Assembly (NCBI GenBank): GCA_963662465.1
Contig: OY759599.1
Location: 1,184,001 to 1,248,000, forward strand
Origin: Desulfatiglandales bacterium
GTDB taxonomy: Bacteria; Desulfobacterota; DSM-4660; Desulfatiglandales; Desulfatiglandaceae
Reading direction: 5' to 3'
DNA: 64,000 bases
The notes beneath the pieces are model-generated. The model did not search any database. It was not told the DNA's origin and saw nothing but the letters and a program-made list of their open reading frames with translations. The position numbers and the translations under genes were made by a program. Shown here one piece after another: positions 9,575 to 19,726 of this stretch. How positions within the stretch are numbered: position 1 is the stretch's first letter; each line of letters begins with the position of its first letter.

Positions 9575-9612
9575 ACCGTGCCTGAACGAAAAAGCCGTTC
9601 AGGCACGGTTTT
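9573..9612 (+). terminator. Intrinsic terminator
   Basis: 16-bp stem AAACCGTGCCTGAACG / CGTTCAGGCACGGTTT followed by T-rich sequence. Confidence 0.8.
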
Positions 9613-9669
9613 AGGTTTTAAGGGGCGACCTGCAGCCCCAGTTTTCTAAGTGACAGTGATAGTCTGTCT

Positions 9670-11205
9670 ATGCTGTACCGCAAAATGGCATAAGGTCAAC
9701 ATTAGGATTATCTCTCCGGAGGCAAAGTTTCCGTCGTGCCCATCGAACGGGAACGCCGGAGGTAAGTGACTCACTACGCCGTAAGGCGGGTGGGAGAAGG
9801 GCTTGAGACCGATGCTCAGATCCGATTTCAGATGCCTAAGCGACGGCCGGCATTTGATTAGACCGAGGTGGCGTGGCCGTGGGACGAGGGTACCTTAAAG
9901 CCTGTAGTCCGGCCCGTTGGGGGAAAAGACGGGATCAAAGTCGAGGCATATTGCGGATAGCCTTGCTGGAAACGGTTATAAGTGATTAGGTTTGGAGAGG
10001 AGCAGAATAGAGAACTGGGGTGACCGGGTGAGATCTTGTGGAAGTCTCGCAGAATGCGAGTAGGGAACTGGGAACCTGATGCGACCATGAGAAGTCAGCG
10101 CCGTCATATTAGGCACATGGGGTCAACCTGTGCCGAAGGACGACACCGTGAAAGGTAGGTAAAGGGATATTGCGCGGGCAGGGGTACGTTCCAAGCGAAA
10201 ACGGCCCGGAACTGGCAGACAGTACCGCCGTGGTATACAGACCTATCTGGTGTAGGATGGTATCAATTGGCTAAGATTTTACACAGTGTCATAGACAAAG
10301 TTTACAACTGGGTCAACCTGGAAAAGGCATCGGCCAAGGTAATTGCCAACCGAGGCAGTGCCGGTGTTGACGGCATGGATGTGAAGGCATGGAGAGGCAA
10401 ACTTAAGGAACACCTGAGCACTTTACGGCACAGACTGATGAACGACACCTATCGGAGCAAGGCGGTCAAGCGGACTTACATTGACAAGCCTGGCAGCCGG
10501 AAGAAGCGCCCACTGGGTATTCCGGTGGTAGTGGATCGCGTGTGTCAGCAAGCTGTGCATGCGCAGCTGAGCCCTGTGTTTGAAGAATACTTCCACCCAA
10601 ACAGCTATGGTTTCCGTCCGGGGCGCAGTACACATACTGCTGCCGTCCAGGTTCAGGAGTTGAGAGGCAAAGGATATGGCTATGTGGTAGATCTTGACAT
10701 CAGAGGTTTCTTTGACCATGTGGATCATGAAATCCTGATGAAGTTGGTCGGCAAGGTGGTGAAGGATCGACGGGTCCTGGGCCTGATACGCGGCTGGCTG
10801 ACGGCTGGAGTAATGGAGGAGGGCAATATACGCTTTCAGGTCTCCGGCACACCGCAGGGTGGGGTAATCAGTCCTTTACTGAGTAACATTTACCTCACAG
10901 TGCTGGATAATGCGTTGGCGGCAAAAGGACATCCATTTGTCCGATATGCCGATGACGTGGTAATTTTCTGCCACGGGCGCGAGCAAGCAGACCAAATACT
11001 TGTCTATGTACGCCAGGTACTCAGCGAGCTCAAGCTGGAGCTTAACGATGAAAAGACCTGCGTGCGGTCATTTTCCGAAGGATTTGATTTTCTTGGATTC
11101 CATTTCAATACGCGTGGGATGAAGGTCGGGACCAAATCGCTCAAAGGCCTGTACCGTAAGGTGCGGGAGGTAACCCGACGGCAACAAGGTGATCTACCTG
11201 TGGAA
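9670..11205 (+). mobile_element. Group II intron, 3'-truncated by IS insertion
   Basis: About 600-nt purine-rich noncoding leader with a DII/DIII-like GAGAAGTCAGC...ATTAGGCACA..TGTGCCGAAGGACG, followed by an RT ORF. The 5' boundary is approximate (no clean GTGYG). DV/DVI are absent. Confidence 0.8.
10267..11205 (+). pseudogene. ltrA: Group II intron reverse transcriptase/maturase, truncated in domain X
   Basis: GSAGVDG, RPLGIP..DR..Q, SYGFRPGRS, DLDIRGFFD, GTPQGGVISPLLSNIYL, RYADD and FDFLG. The ORF runs into the IS TIR at 11206. Confidence 0.9.
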
Positions 11206-13211
11206 CGCATAAGTCTAAATGTTGTGGGGTTTACTCTAACATATTGAAATTATTTCATCTGTTAAACGGTTCAGAATCAATATCCTAATCAAAGCGCATT
11301 TCGTGAGGCCAAACATTTTTTCCTGAATTCGCCTTAGCGGAAAAAAGTTAGGGACTTTTTTTGATAAGTGTGCATAATCATAGTGCAACAGTCTATGTTA
11401 AATTAGAGAGGTTGCACATGATTAATAATATTAAGAGAGCTTTGACAATGTTGGACAAAGCTCAAAACAGACTTGCAAGACAATGTTATTACGATCCAAA
11501 ACAGTATCCTGAGATTTTCTTTGAAATTGAGAAATGCATTAATGCCATCAGATCATGGATCAATGAAAGGGAGATGTTTCAATCATTGCAATATTTTTAT
11601 GTAACATTGTCTGCTCTTATTGATGAACTTGGTAGGTTAATAAGTCAATTATGGGATATTTGTAAGCCAATAAAAGGGAAAAAAAGCATTCCAAAAACAC
11701 AACGGGATCGACAGAAAATTAGAATCTTTTATTCAATTCGTTCAATGATAAGTAATATTACTAAAAAATTGAATAATGTAAAAAGTCGTGATAGTACAAT
11801 CAGTATTGCATTTGAGATAGGGATGTTAAAATCTTTTGATAAATCCATAATCGAAAATGTAAAAAAGAAAATGGAAGACCTTGTTTCTAAACGAGGAAAT
11901 CAAACATATATCTTTCCTTATAATAACACCGAAAGCTATCATGCTCTCGTAAAAGATAGTAAGAAGTTTCGCATTGAAGTATTAGATAAACTCGATAAAT
12001 ATGATCACCACACAGGCCATAATTCAACATGTTCTGGACCTAAAGAATATATTTTATCTGGTTTCCGCGGGAATCCTCGAAAAACAATAATGAATGGAGG
12101 AGAACAACAGACATTCCCAATCCGCATGATACAATGCCGGAAGTGCAAACAAAAGTTCTCTCTTGTTCCCAGCTTTCTCCCAAGGGAAAAGAATTTTGGT
12201 ATAGAGATTATTGGGCACGTATTTCGGAATATGTACCGTTTTAATGCGAGCATTCAAGGAGCCATCGAAAGCCTTAAAATTATTGGCAAAAAAAGTGTCA
12301 AAAGCAAACAGACCATCTTGAACTGGAATCGATGGGCAGGAACACTTCATCCTGCAACAATACTAACAAGAGCAGGAGTGAAAGGCTCAGGATATCTACA
12401 GGAAGATGAGGGCTTTGAAAAAGAACCAAATTTAAGAACTTATTCTGTAGTTATGGTCGATCCTGAAAATTTATTAGTATGGCACTCCGATTATGTTGAT
12501 CATGTTGATGAAGAAAACCTGTGCGGTTCATTTGAGGATTTTTTGCAAAAAATCGACTTCAAAATCCTTGGTGTAACAAAAGATAAGTGGAAAGCCTCAA
12601 CCAATGCTATCAAGACCGTATTCCATAACATTTGGGTCGGATATTGCCATCGTCATTGTTTGAAAAACTTCTACGATGCACTATCAAAATATCAAAAAGA
12701 ATCAAAATGTACCGACCAAGAAGTGGACAAGCTTTATAAAAAATTTAAGAAAGTTTTGAAAACATCCACATCTAAAGTTAACTTGGAAGTAAAGATTAAG
12801 GCATTAGATGACGATGCATTTTCTCATCCATTACTAAAAAAGAGGGTAGTAGAATTAAAAGAAAATGCCACTCATTATACCTCTCATAAAAATAGAAATG
12901 GGATAAAACAAACAACCTCCATTGTTGACAATTATTTAAAAGGAATCAAACGTAAACTAAAACAAATTGAGAGTTTTCGAGATAAGAAATGGGCAAGTCT
13001 TTTTTTTCGAGCACATGCGACTATCAGGAATTTTGTCCCATTTTTACCTGGCGCAAAAAATGCTCATAAAAGTCCCTTTGAATTAGCCAACGGCCAAACA
13101 TTTGACTTACCTTGGATTCAAGTTATGAATGTTCATAATGCATTCTTGTTTACCGAAAACGCCTTTTAATTTTGATGGGTTATACAACCCCACAACATTT
13201 AGACTTATGCG
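11206..13211 (+). mobile_element. Insertion sequence, copy 1 (2006 bp; IS256/ISH6/Mutator-like)
   Basis: 26-bp perfect TIRs CGCATAAGTCTAAATGTTGTGGGGTT. Near-identical second copy at 57598-62217. No TSD here (CTGTGGAA vs GCTCATAG). Confidence 0.93.
11418..13169 (+). CDS. DDE-type transposase
   Basis: Lies between the TIRs. Zn-ribbon H-C..CRKC, QEDE, VTKD, CHRH and TTSIVD. ATG 11418 follows a GAGAGG RBS. Confidence 0.85.
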   Translation: MINNIKRALTMLDKAQNRLARQCYYDPKQYPEIFFEIEKCINAIRSWINEREMFQSLQYFYVTLSALIDELGRLISQLWDICKPIKGKKSIPKTQRDRQKIRIFYSIRSMISNITKKLNNVKSRDSTISIAFEIGMLKSFDKSIIENVKKKMEDLVSKRGNQTYIFPYNNTESYHALVKDSKKFRIEVLDKLDKYDHHTGHNSTCSGPKEYILSGFRGNPRKTIMNGGEQQTFPIRMIQCRKCKQKFSLVPSFLPREKNFGIEIIGHVFRNMYRFNASIQGAIESLKIIGKKSVKSKQTILNWNRWAGTLHPATILTRAGVKGSGYLQEDEGFEKEPNLRTYSVVMVDPENLLVWHSDYVDHVDEENLCGSFEDFLQKIDFKILGVTKDKWKASTNAIKTVFHNIWVGYCHRHCLKNFYDALSKYQKESKCTDQEVDKLYKKFKKVLKTSTSKVNLEVKIKALDDDAFSHPLLKKRVVELKENATHYTSHKNRNGIKQTTSIVDNYLKGIKRKLKQIESFRDKKWASLFFRAHATIRNFVPFLPGAKNAHKSPFELANGQTFDLPWIQVMNVHNAFLFTENAF

Positions 13212-13322
13212 GCTCATAGATTCGAGTTCCTTTGGATGCGCTGTATTTTGCAAAAGGAATAGAATAGAAAATGAAAGAATGATAGCTATTATTGCTTTTG
13301 GCAGTTTCTCTGTTTTAGTCAC
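13212..13322 (-). pseudogene. 5' stub of an exported-protein gene cut by the IS
   Basis: GAGAGG RBS, GTG start and signal-peptide-like MTKTEKLPKAIIAIILSFSILFLLQNTAHP running into the IS end. Confidence 0.55.
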
Positions 13323-13360
13323 AAATACACCTCTCTCATAATTGATTTTTTGTTAGTTCA

Positions 13361-14619
13361 CTGAAGTTTCACCGAAATGTTCATTGTATTTTCATGCGGC
13401 CATGTGCAGCAGCGCGGTCACAAAAGATTTTCGTGAGAGTTTCTCTTGTTTGTGGCAAACGCTATCAAAATCTTCGCTCAAAGCGGCCTTCGCAATGATG
13501 TGCCTCAGATCAGAGAAGGCGAAACTGTTTCTGCCTTTGACTTTGTGGCGACGTTCGGGAGTATTTTCCAGCCGAGCGCCATAGATCCAGGTAACGGTAG
13601 CAGCCATCATAGAGAAGTTAATGTGGTTGATGACAGCATGGGCGTTGCGAGCTTGGGCTTTGCTGCTGCCAATATCCTGTTTAAGTTCTCTCGTAACGGC
13701 CTGGACTTCGCGGTAATGTCCATAGAGAAAGACGCTATAGCATGAGGCCTGAGATCTGAGCTGGGCAGCCATTTCAGCGAATAAGCCCAGACGGTTTCCG
13801 TACTTACGGGTTGCACCGCGTTGTCCCTTTTTCCGCTTCGATGGTATTGCGTAGAGAACAGTGTTGGAACGTAATCTGGAAAGCAAATTAAACAAAATGC
13901 CGAGATGCTTGTGTAGGGGCTTGAACAGGCCGTTGTTTCCAAACCAGCTATCGCAAACAATTGTTATCGGAACATTAACAAAATGCTTTGCTAATTCGAC
14001 CACCATTTCGACAGCCTGTTGTAATTTTGTTTGAAATTCTGTGGTTTCTCCAGGGACCTCCATGTTCGGTTTTTTTGCCGCAAGTGCTTTTTTTGGCAGA
14101 TAGAATCGATAGGCAAGGGGGATACAAGCCCAGCGACCTTTGATGCGCTTGAGCAAACCAACGAGAACTACGTTTTGGGCCCATGGGTATTTGGACTGGT
14201 TGGCCTTGGCGGCATGGTCGAAGATATGAGCGCAACCAAAGATCTTTCTACCTGTCTTGGGATTGATAAAATCATCAAGGGCGAGCAATAATCGCCCATC
14301 ATCCGTTAGAGGGTTGGGAATCGCGCTCCACAATTTGCGCCAGAGGTTGCTCCATGGAATTTTGTTGGATGCCATGAATATGTAAAACCGACGTTTGTTC
14401 ACATTCAAGCCAAAAAGCGTATTGATACATCGAAAAACGTTTTTTTACCATGAAAAGGAATGTAGCTCAAGAAAAAAATAACATAAGCACTCGAAAATAT
14501 TGACATAAAAATTGAAAAATTTTTCAAAATCCATGCCGGATTTTTAAATTTCAAACAAAATAACCGTTCGAAATTGCACGGCCAAAGGAAAAAGACCTCA
14601 AAAAACTGTGAAACTTCAG
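13361..14619 (-). mobile_element. Decayed IS701/IS4-superfamily element
   Basis: 12-bp inverted ends CTGAAGTTTCAC (13361) / GTGAAACTTCAG (14608-14619) flank a transposase remnant. Confidence 0.7.
13392..14408 (-). pseudogene. IS701-like transposase with internal deletion
   Basis: LALDD..NPKTG and VCDSWFG are present. The Y..RW.IE segment expected before ELKQDIG is missing, and the N-terminus is also missing. Confidence 0.75.
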
Positions 14620-14756
14620 CCGCCAAAGGCCATAAGGCCACATTATTATTCTCTACCACACATCAGGTAGAGCCAGTAAATACCCAACCCTTCAAAAGAG
14701 CTGGTTTCCAGAATTCAAATACGACATTTGCTTAAGTTGATAACCTCAAAATGGAC

Positions 14757-14821
14757 GAGTACGTGCATTAAGTCAGCATCCCACGTCCGCCCAATCCGTG
14801 CAAGGCTGCCAGATCAATCTT
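14757..14821. repeat. Degenerate intergenic module, copy A
   Basis: GAGTACGTGCATTA...ATCCGTGCAAGGCTGCCAGATCAATCTT, similar to 18622-18686 and 20016-20078. Confidence 0.65.
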
Positions 14822-14983
14822 GCAAAATACTTCCGGAAAATCCAAAATGTAGATGATGGTAACCTCGTGCCAGGGCTACCTGACGATTTCATATAATCTC
14901 GACGACGGGTCAATCCTGCCTACAAAATTATGTGCCATCCGCCATCCCTCTCCGCAAATTACCTACTTTCAAAATTTTCTTAT

Positions 14984-16489
14984 CTACTGATTCGTCACAG
15001 AGACCGCAGAGCCATTTTCCGCATGGAATCCAGGGCTCACATGTACCATCGGCGCCTTGAATATGACCGTTGCGCCAGTCTGAACAGTAACGTCGGTGCC
15101 GATTGTGATAGAGATGGTGCCAACACATTCGCAGTTGCTGTCTGGGGCAAAGCTTTCGTTGGTCAGGACGACCGTGTCGCCCGAACACGCGGGACAAGCG
15201 ACAGTAGGATATTCGTAGGCGCCGATATCATAGGCCACACCCTGGGGCCGGCTGGTTCCATCAAGATCCGTGGTGACCTCAGAGAGGGCGGTTCCCCCGT
15301 CTTTTGCCAGCGTGGTATTCAGGAGATGATAATTGCTGCCGGGCGCCACAAATGTCTGAGGCGCCGTTTGACTGAATGACTGAGCATCTTGGGAATAGGT
15401 GGACTGCCACATTGAGAGGCTAATACTGGTTTCATCCACACTAATCTGGCCCAGGATGTTGTAGTTGCTGAAAAACCCGGTAAGGCTGGATGTGTCTATT
15501 TCAATGCCACCCCTTGCTGAATTTTCATGGATCAGAATGTTATTATAAACTTTAGACTCGCTACTGCCGTTTTTCAGGTTGATGGCCCATCGACCGTCTG
15601 TGGGCATGTGAACTGTATTATTGTAATACTTGTTGTTTTTACTGCCCCACTGATTGCCCTGACCATCGTCCCACGCTGCGATACCGCCTGCATGGTTATT
15701 GTAAATCAAGTTATTTGCAAAAAGACTATCGCGAACAGATGCCAGATTGATGGCTGCACCGCCATCTGTGCCGTTCTCATGCAAAATATTGTGGGTAACA
15801 ATACAATTGCTGCTGATTCCGTCTCCTCCCATGGAGGGGTCCGCATTGATCTGAATGCCACACCCTGCGTTATGGTGACAGACGTTGTGTTGGATAACTG
15901 CATAATCACCACTGTTGCTGTGATAGATGCCGTGCTCTTGCGTCGAGTAGGTACACTGATTGAACCGTGCGGTGAAATAATCGGAAAATGCGGTAAAAAT
16001 GCCCCACTTCTGGTTGTGATGACAGTGGCAGTATTCGACCGTAACATGACTCGTCAACCGTATATCGATTCCCGCATTGCCGGGTGCACCGGTAACTTCC
16101 AGGCCGTAAAGAATCCACCAGTCATATCCTTCTATTTCAATTATGCTGCCTTTTTTTCCATCTAAACTAACAGTATTTACCAAAACGGAAGCGCCTTCTT
16201 CAGCCTTGAATGTGATCGGCTGACCGTTTGCACCGCCGGAGGTTGCCCTAAATCCTGCATAGGTCCCGCTCCTGATAAGTACATTATCGCCTGCAATGAC
16301 GATGTCCGCCGCGTGCTGAAGTGTTCGCCAGGGATCGCCTGAAGAGCCGATACCTTCATCGCTACCTGATAACGAAACAAAGTAAGTTGCCGCAAAAACA
16401 GGCGTAGATACTAAAAGATAAAGACCACAAAGTAGCAGTGCCCCTGCAAAAAAACCCAAGTTACTGGAGATTAATAGTTTGGCCCTCAT
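14984..16489 (-). CDS. Secreted right-handed beta-helix protein (DUF1565/pectin-lyase-like) with C-terminal Cys-containing domain
   Basis: Signal peptide, ATYFVS..GSD..GS..DPWRTLQHA, Asn-rich coils and DLDG..RPQG.AYDIGAYE. Confidence 0.85.
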   Translation of the reverse strand: MRAKLLISSNLGFFAGALLLCGLYLLVSTPVFAATYFVSLSGSDEGIGSSGDPWRTLQHAADIVIAGDNVLIRSGTYAGFRATSGGANGQPITFKAEEGASVLVNTVSLDGKKGSIIEIEGYDWWILYGLEVTGAPGNAGIDIRLTSHVTVEYCHCHHNQKWGIFTAFSDYFTARFNQCTYSTQEHGIYHSNSGDYAVIQHNVCHHNAGCGIQINADPSMGGDGISSNCIVTHNILHENGTDGGAAINLASVRDSLFANNLIYNNHAGGIAAWDDGQGNQWGSKNNKYYNNTVHMPTDGRWAINLKNGSSESKVYNNILIHENSARGGIEIDTSSLTGFFSNYNILGQISVDETSISLSMWQSTYSQDAQSFSQTAPQTFVAPGSNYHLLNTTLAKDGGTALSEVTTDLDGTSRPQGVAYDIGAYEYPTVACPACSGDTVVLTNESFAPDSNCECVGTISITIGTDVTVQTGATVIFKAPMVHVSPGFHAENGSAVSVTNQ

Positions 16490-16882
16490 GATTCCTCTAT
16501 TCTTACGAATTTAGACCCCCAATTCTGTATTTAGGAAAGGGGCCTTAAGGGATTCTATTGTAGTTTGATGCTTCCAGGGGCATAGATGCAGGAATACTCA
16601 GAGTGATGCCTCCAGAGGAATCTGAGATGACAGATATTGTGGCCCATCCGAATCCGATCTTAAATGAGAAAGATTCTGCCAAATTTTAACAAGACTGCCA
16701 AAACAATACTTGAAAAGTGTTTGCTGTAGGATACATATTTAATTGTTGCCAAATCAGACGACCTTAAAACAGAACCTTGCTTGCATTAATCCTCTTAATT
16801 GGCAACAGGCCAATCCTGCCGTCAAAAAGACCGTGTAATCGGCAATCGTCCCTCTCGATAAATTCCCTCTCCTGAAATATCC

Positions 16883-18389
16883 TCATTTATTGACGATAGA
16901 GACTATAGACCCATTTTCTGCACGGAATCCGGGATTCACATGCACTATCGGCGCCTTAAAAGTTACCGTTGCGCCACTTTTGATGCTTACCTCAATCCCG
17001 ATGGTAATTGAGGTAGTATCACTGCATTCACAGGAAGTTCCTGAATTAAAAGTGACATTGGTGAGGATCACTGGGCTGGTGGAACATTCAGAACACGGCG
17101 GCATTGGCGACGTACCCGCTACCCCTTCATAGGCCCCCATATCCACCGTCCCTGTTTGGATGCGGGCCTGCCCGGCAATATCGGTGGTGAGCGTTGCCGG
17201 AACAGTCGCGTTCGACCCTTTATTCATGGAGGGGCTCCCCGCAGTCAAATGGAGACCGTCATCAAGGGTCGCGTATACGCCGTCCGTGCCGGGCGGATTA
17301 GACGCGTTAAAGAAAACAGGGTCGGCATCTATGCACCCTGTCCCGAAATACGGCTCGCTGCTGCCCCCATCTATGTTGGAATAGGTCGCCTGGACAGGGC
17401 CAGCGCCGAAGACGGCTATCGAATTAGGGGTGTTGCCCCAATACACTTCATTATAAAGTGATGCAATGTTTGCAGCGACTTCCGCATAAAAGCTCATTCC
17501 TTCGGCATCGTCGGCGGTGTTGTTGTAGAAAGTGTTGTTGATCAAATTGACATGGGAGTTTGAACTGATGGAAATGCCGCCGGCGGAGCCGTCGGATTCC
17601 CCCACCCCCGCCTGATTGTTGACGAAGAGGTTGTTGGCGATGACGGCGCTGGTGACGCCGCTGCCTGGATTAACCACTGCCCCGCCGTCGAGGCCCGCGT
17701 TCTGGTTGCCGACAAAGACATTGTCGGTCATCAGCAAGGTACCGGTCGGCAGGTTGTCCAGGCAGAGCCCGGCGCCTATTCCAAAGGGATCCAGGTTTCG
17801 GTTGTTTAGGAACTGGTTGTTGGTGAGGGTCACATCTCCACCATCTAAATATACGTGTATTCCTCCACCAAAGATCTGGATCGGCACCCCTGAGGGGAGA
17901 GGGCCGGCGGTGTTTTCCGAAAAAGTGTTTCCCGACAAAGTCACCGTCGCCTCCTGGTGGAGGATATGAAGCGATGCTCCGCAGCTCCTTCATACGATAG
18001 GTTATTGCTAATTGTGTTATCATCCAATGTTATGGACGGCGCGGCCCCCGAAGTTCCCAGATAGTAAATCATTAGCCCACCGCCGTCACAGTTGCCCACA
18101 GGCGATGGGTTGGTGTTTAAGGTATTGTAGCTGATGTTATTGTTGCGGAGAATGGCATTGCCGGTGGCCGCTGCGGTGTCGAAATAAAGATAGAGGCCGC
18201 AACCGTCGTCCGCAGTGCCGTCGTCGCAGGAATTGTGCGTAAAAGAAGAATTGGTCACTGTGATGTCGCCATGGATGGCGCCGAGCCAGGCGCCGCCGGT
18301 GAGTTTACATTAAAGGTTGCAGCTTGAACTCCAGACGAAAGATAGCATACCGATACCACGATCAACATTCCAATCAGCCGTTTTCCCAT
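16883..18389 (-). pseudogene. Disrupted secreted beta-helix protein (paralogous C-terminus to 14984-16489)
   Basis: GGAGG RBS and MGKRLIGMLIVVSVCYLSSGVQAATFNVNSP at 18389. Frame break at ~18295, then a 1-nt frameshift at ~17980 joining ORFs 17941-18258 and 16883-17944. Confidence 0.78.
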
Positions 18390-18559
18390 GGTGCCCTCCA
18401 GTTCTGCCGGTGACGAGCCCATCCTTTATCCGGTATTTCGATGTGTTGATTCTTATGTTCCCTTCAGCCAAGCCTACAGAATGCATGCAGGGAAGAAAGC
18501 CGTTCACGGGTTGGGGGTTTCCCGTTGTTGCAGGATTCAGGGTTTGGACCTAAACCATA

Positions 18560-18690
18560 AAATCCTACCACCACAACATATTGTGGTCAATTCGGTTTCC
18601 GCTTATCCGGTTACGGAAAAGCATTGCGTGCATAAGTCTTAACCCTGACACCGTAAAATCCATGCAAGACTGCCAGATCAATACTTCACG
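18560..18690. repeat. Degenerate intergenic module, copy B
   Basis: Colinear with 19953-20080 (ACCACAACATAT..GGTCAAT..GTTAC.GAAAAG..CGTGCAT..AAAATC..ACTG.CAGA.CAAT). Confidence 0.7.
18562..18590 (-). promoter_or_regulatory. sigma70-type promoter within repeat copy B
   Basis: TTGACC-N17-TAGGAT on the minus strand. The spacer holds the near-palindrome ACCACAATATGTTGTGGT. Confidence 0.55.
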
Positions 18691-18779
18691 TTTTCCTGTG
18701 AATAGCTCTTGATAGTATGTAACCAAAGCTGTTTGGACGATACCAGATAGGGTAAACTTTCGCCTATACCTGAGAACTC

Positions 18780-19646
18780 CTAAGAGTCGATTTTCTCAAC
18801 AAATTCCGGATAAAGCTTTTCCATGCATTCTGGGCATATGCCATGGCTAAATTCTGCTTCAGAGTGGTCCCGGATATATGTTTCTATCTGGTTCCAGAGT
18901 CCTTGATCATCCCTTATTTTCTTACAGGATGAACAGATGGGAATAATCCCTCTTAGTGTTTTAACCTCCGCCATTGCAGCCGATAAATCAAACTCAACTC
19001 TTTGAAAATTGAGTACAATTAGACCAATTATGATAAATATATTTCCACTGAAGAAAACCATTACAGTTATCCCGTGAAAGGCTGGCGCGTTCATAAAATC
19101 AACTATGGAGCTTTCAATAAATGCTGTTTGAATAATTCGTAATACGACCCAGATAGCTTGGACGTAGAAAACAACCGCTAGAAATCTGTTTTGACCATCG
19201 ATCAATCGTGGAACATACTTGTGGACAATATATCCGGAGTATCCATAAATTATTGCAATAATAGTCGAAACAATAACTATGCGCGCACTTACATCTGGAG
19301 AGTAATACGTGAAATATAAAAATAATATGAGCATTGATATGGTAAGCGATACAAACAACCACCTTCTCCTGGTACTATTTGTAAAAAGCTCTAACCCGTA
19401 TGCGATAAATCCGTTACCTGCAATGATAAGTGTGTTTGCAAGAATAATTGAAATGAAGTCGGGCAGGATGTTTCTAAGGCTCATGAATGCCAGAGCGAAA
19501 CTGTATAGAATGGAGGCGATTGTCCATTGCGAAAACCCGTTGTATGTCTTCCGGGTTTGAGAAACATAGACCATACAAATACAGAGAATCAGGCTGATGA
19601 TACTTGAAATAATTGATAGTGTCCTTACATCAAATAAATAAAGCAT
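18780..19646 (-). CDS. Multi-TM sensor-like protein with C-terminal PICSSCKKIRDD...SHGICPEC domain
   Basis: About 7 TM helices, then VKTLRGIIPICSSCKKIRDD..W..IE.YI..HSEAEFSHGICPEC. Confidence 0.8.
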   Translation of the reverse strand: MLYLFDVRTLSIISSIISLILCICMVYVSQTRKTYNGFSQWTIASILYSFALAFMSLRNILPDFISIILANTLIIAGNGFIAYGLELFTNSTRRRWLFVSLTISMLILFLYFTYYSPDVSARIVIVSTIIAIIYGYSGYIVHKYVPRLIDGQNRFLAVVFYVQAIWVVLRIIQTAFIESSIVDFMNAPAFHGITVMVFFSGNIFIIIGLIVLNFQRVEFDLSAAMAEVKTLRGIIPICSSCKKIRDDQGLWNQIETYIRDHSEAEFSHGICPECMEKLYPEFVEKIDS

Positions 19647-19661
19647 ATATTGATTTTCCCA

Positions 19662-19726
19662 ATCGAGTAGCCAAAGGACGTTGCCATCTCCCCCTGGAAC
19701 CGTGAGTTTTTCACATCACACGGTCA
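19662..19726 (-). mobile_element. Group II intron 3'-end remnant (degenerate DV + DVI)
   Basis: The minus strand reads GACCGTGTGATGTGAAAAACTCACGGTTCCAGGGGGAGATGGCAACGTCCTTTGGCTACTCGAT. Confidence 0.65.

Noticed and set aside
10267..11247. RT as retron, DGR or CRISPR-associated RT
   Set aside because: The motifs (GVDG in RT0, YADD, FDFLG) and the upstream DIII-like RNA fit a group II intron. No TR/VR pair, msr-msd or cas1 was seen.
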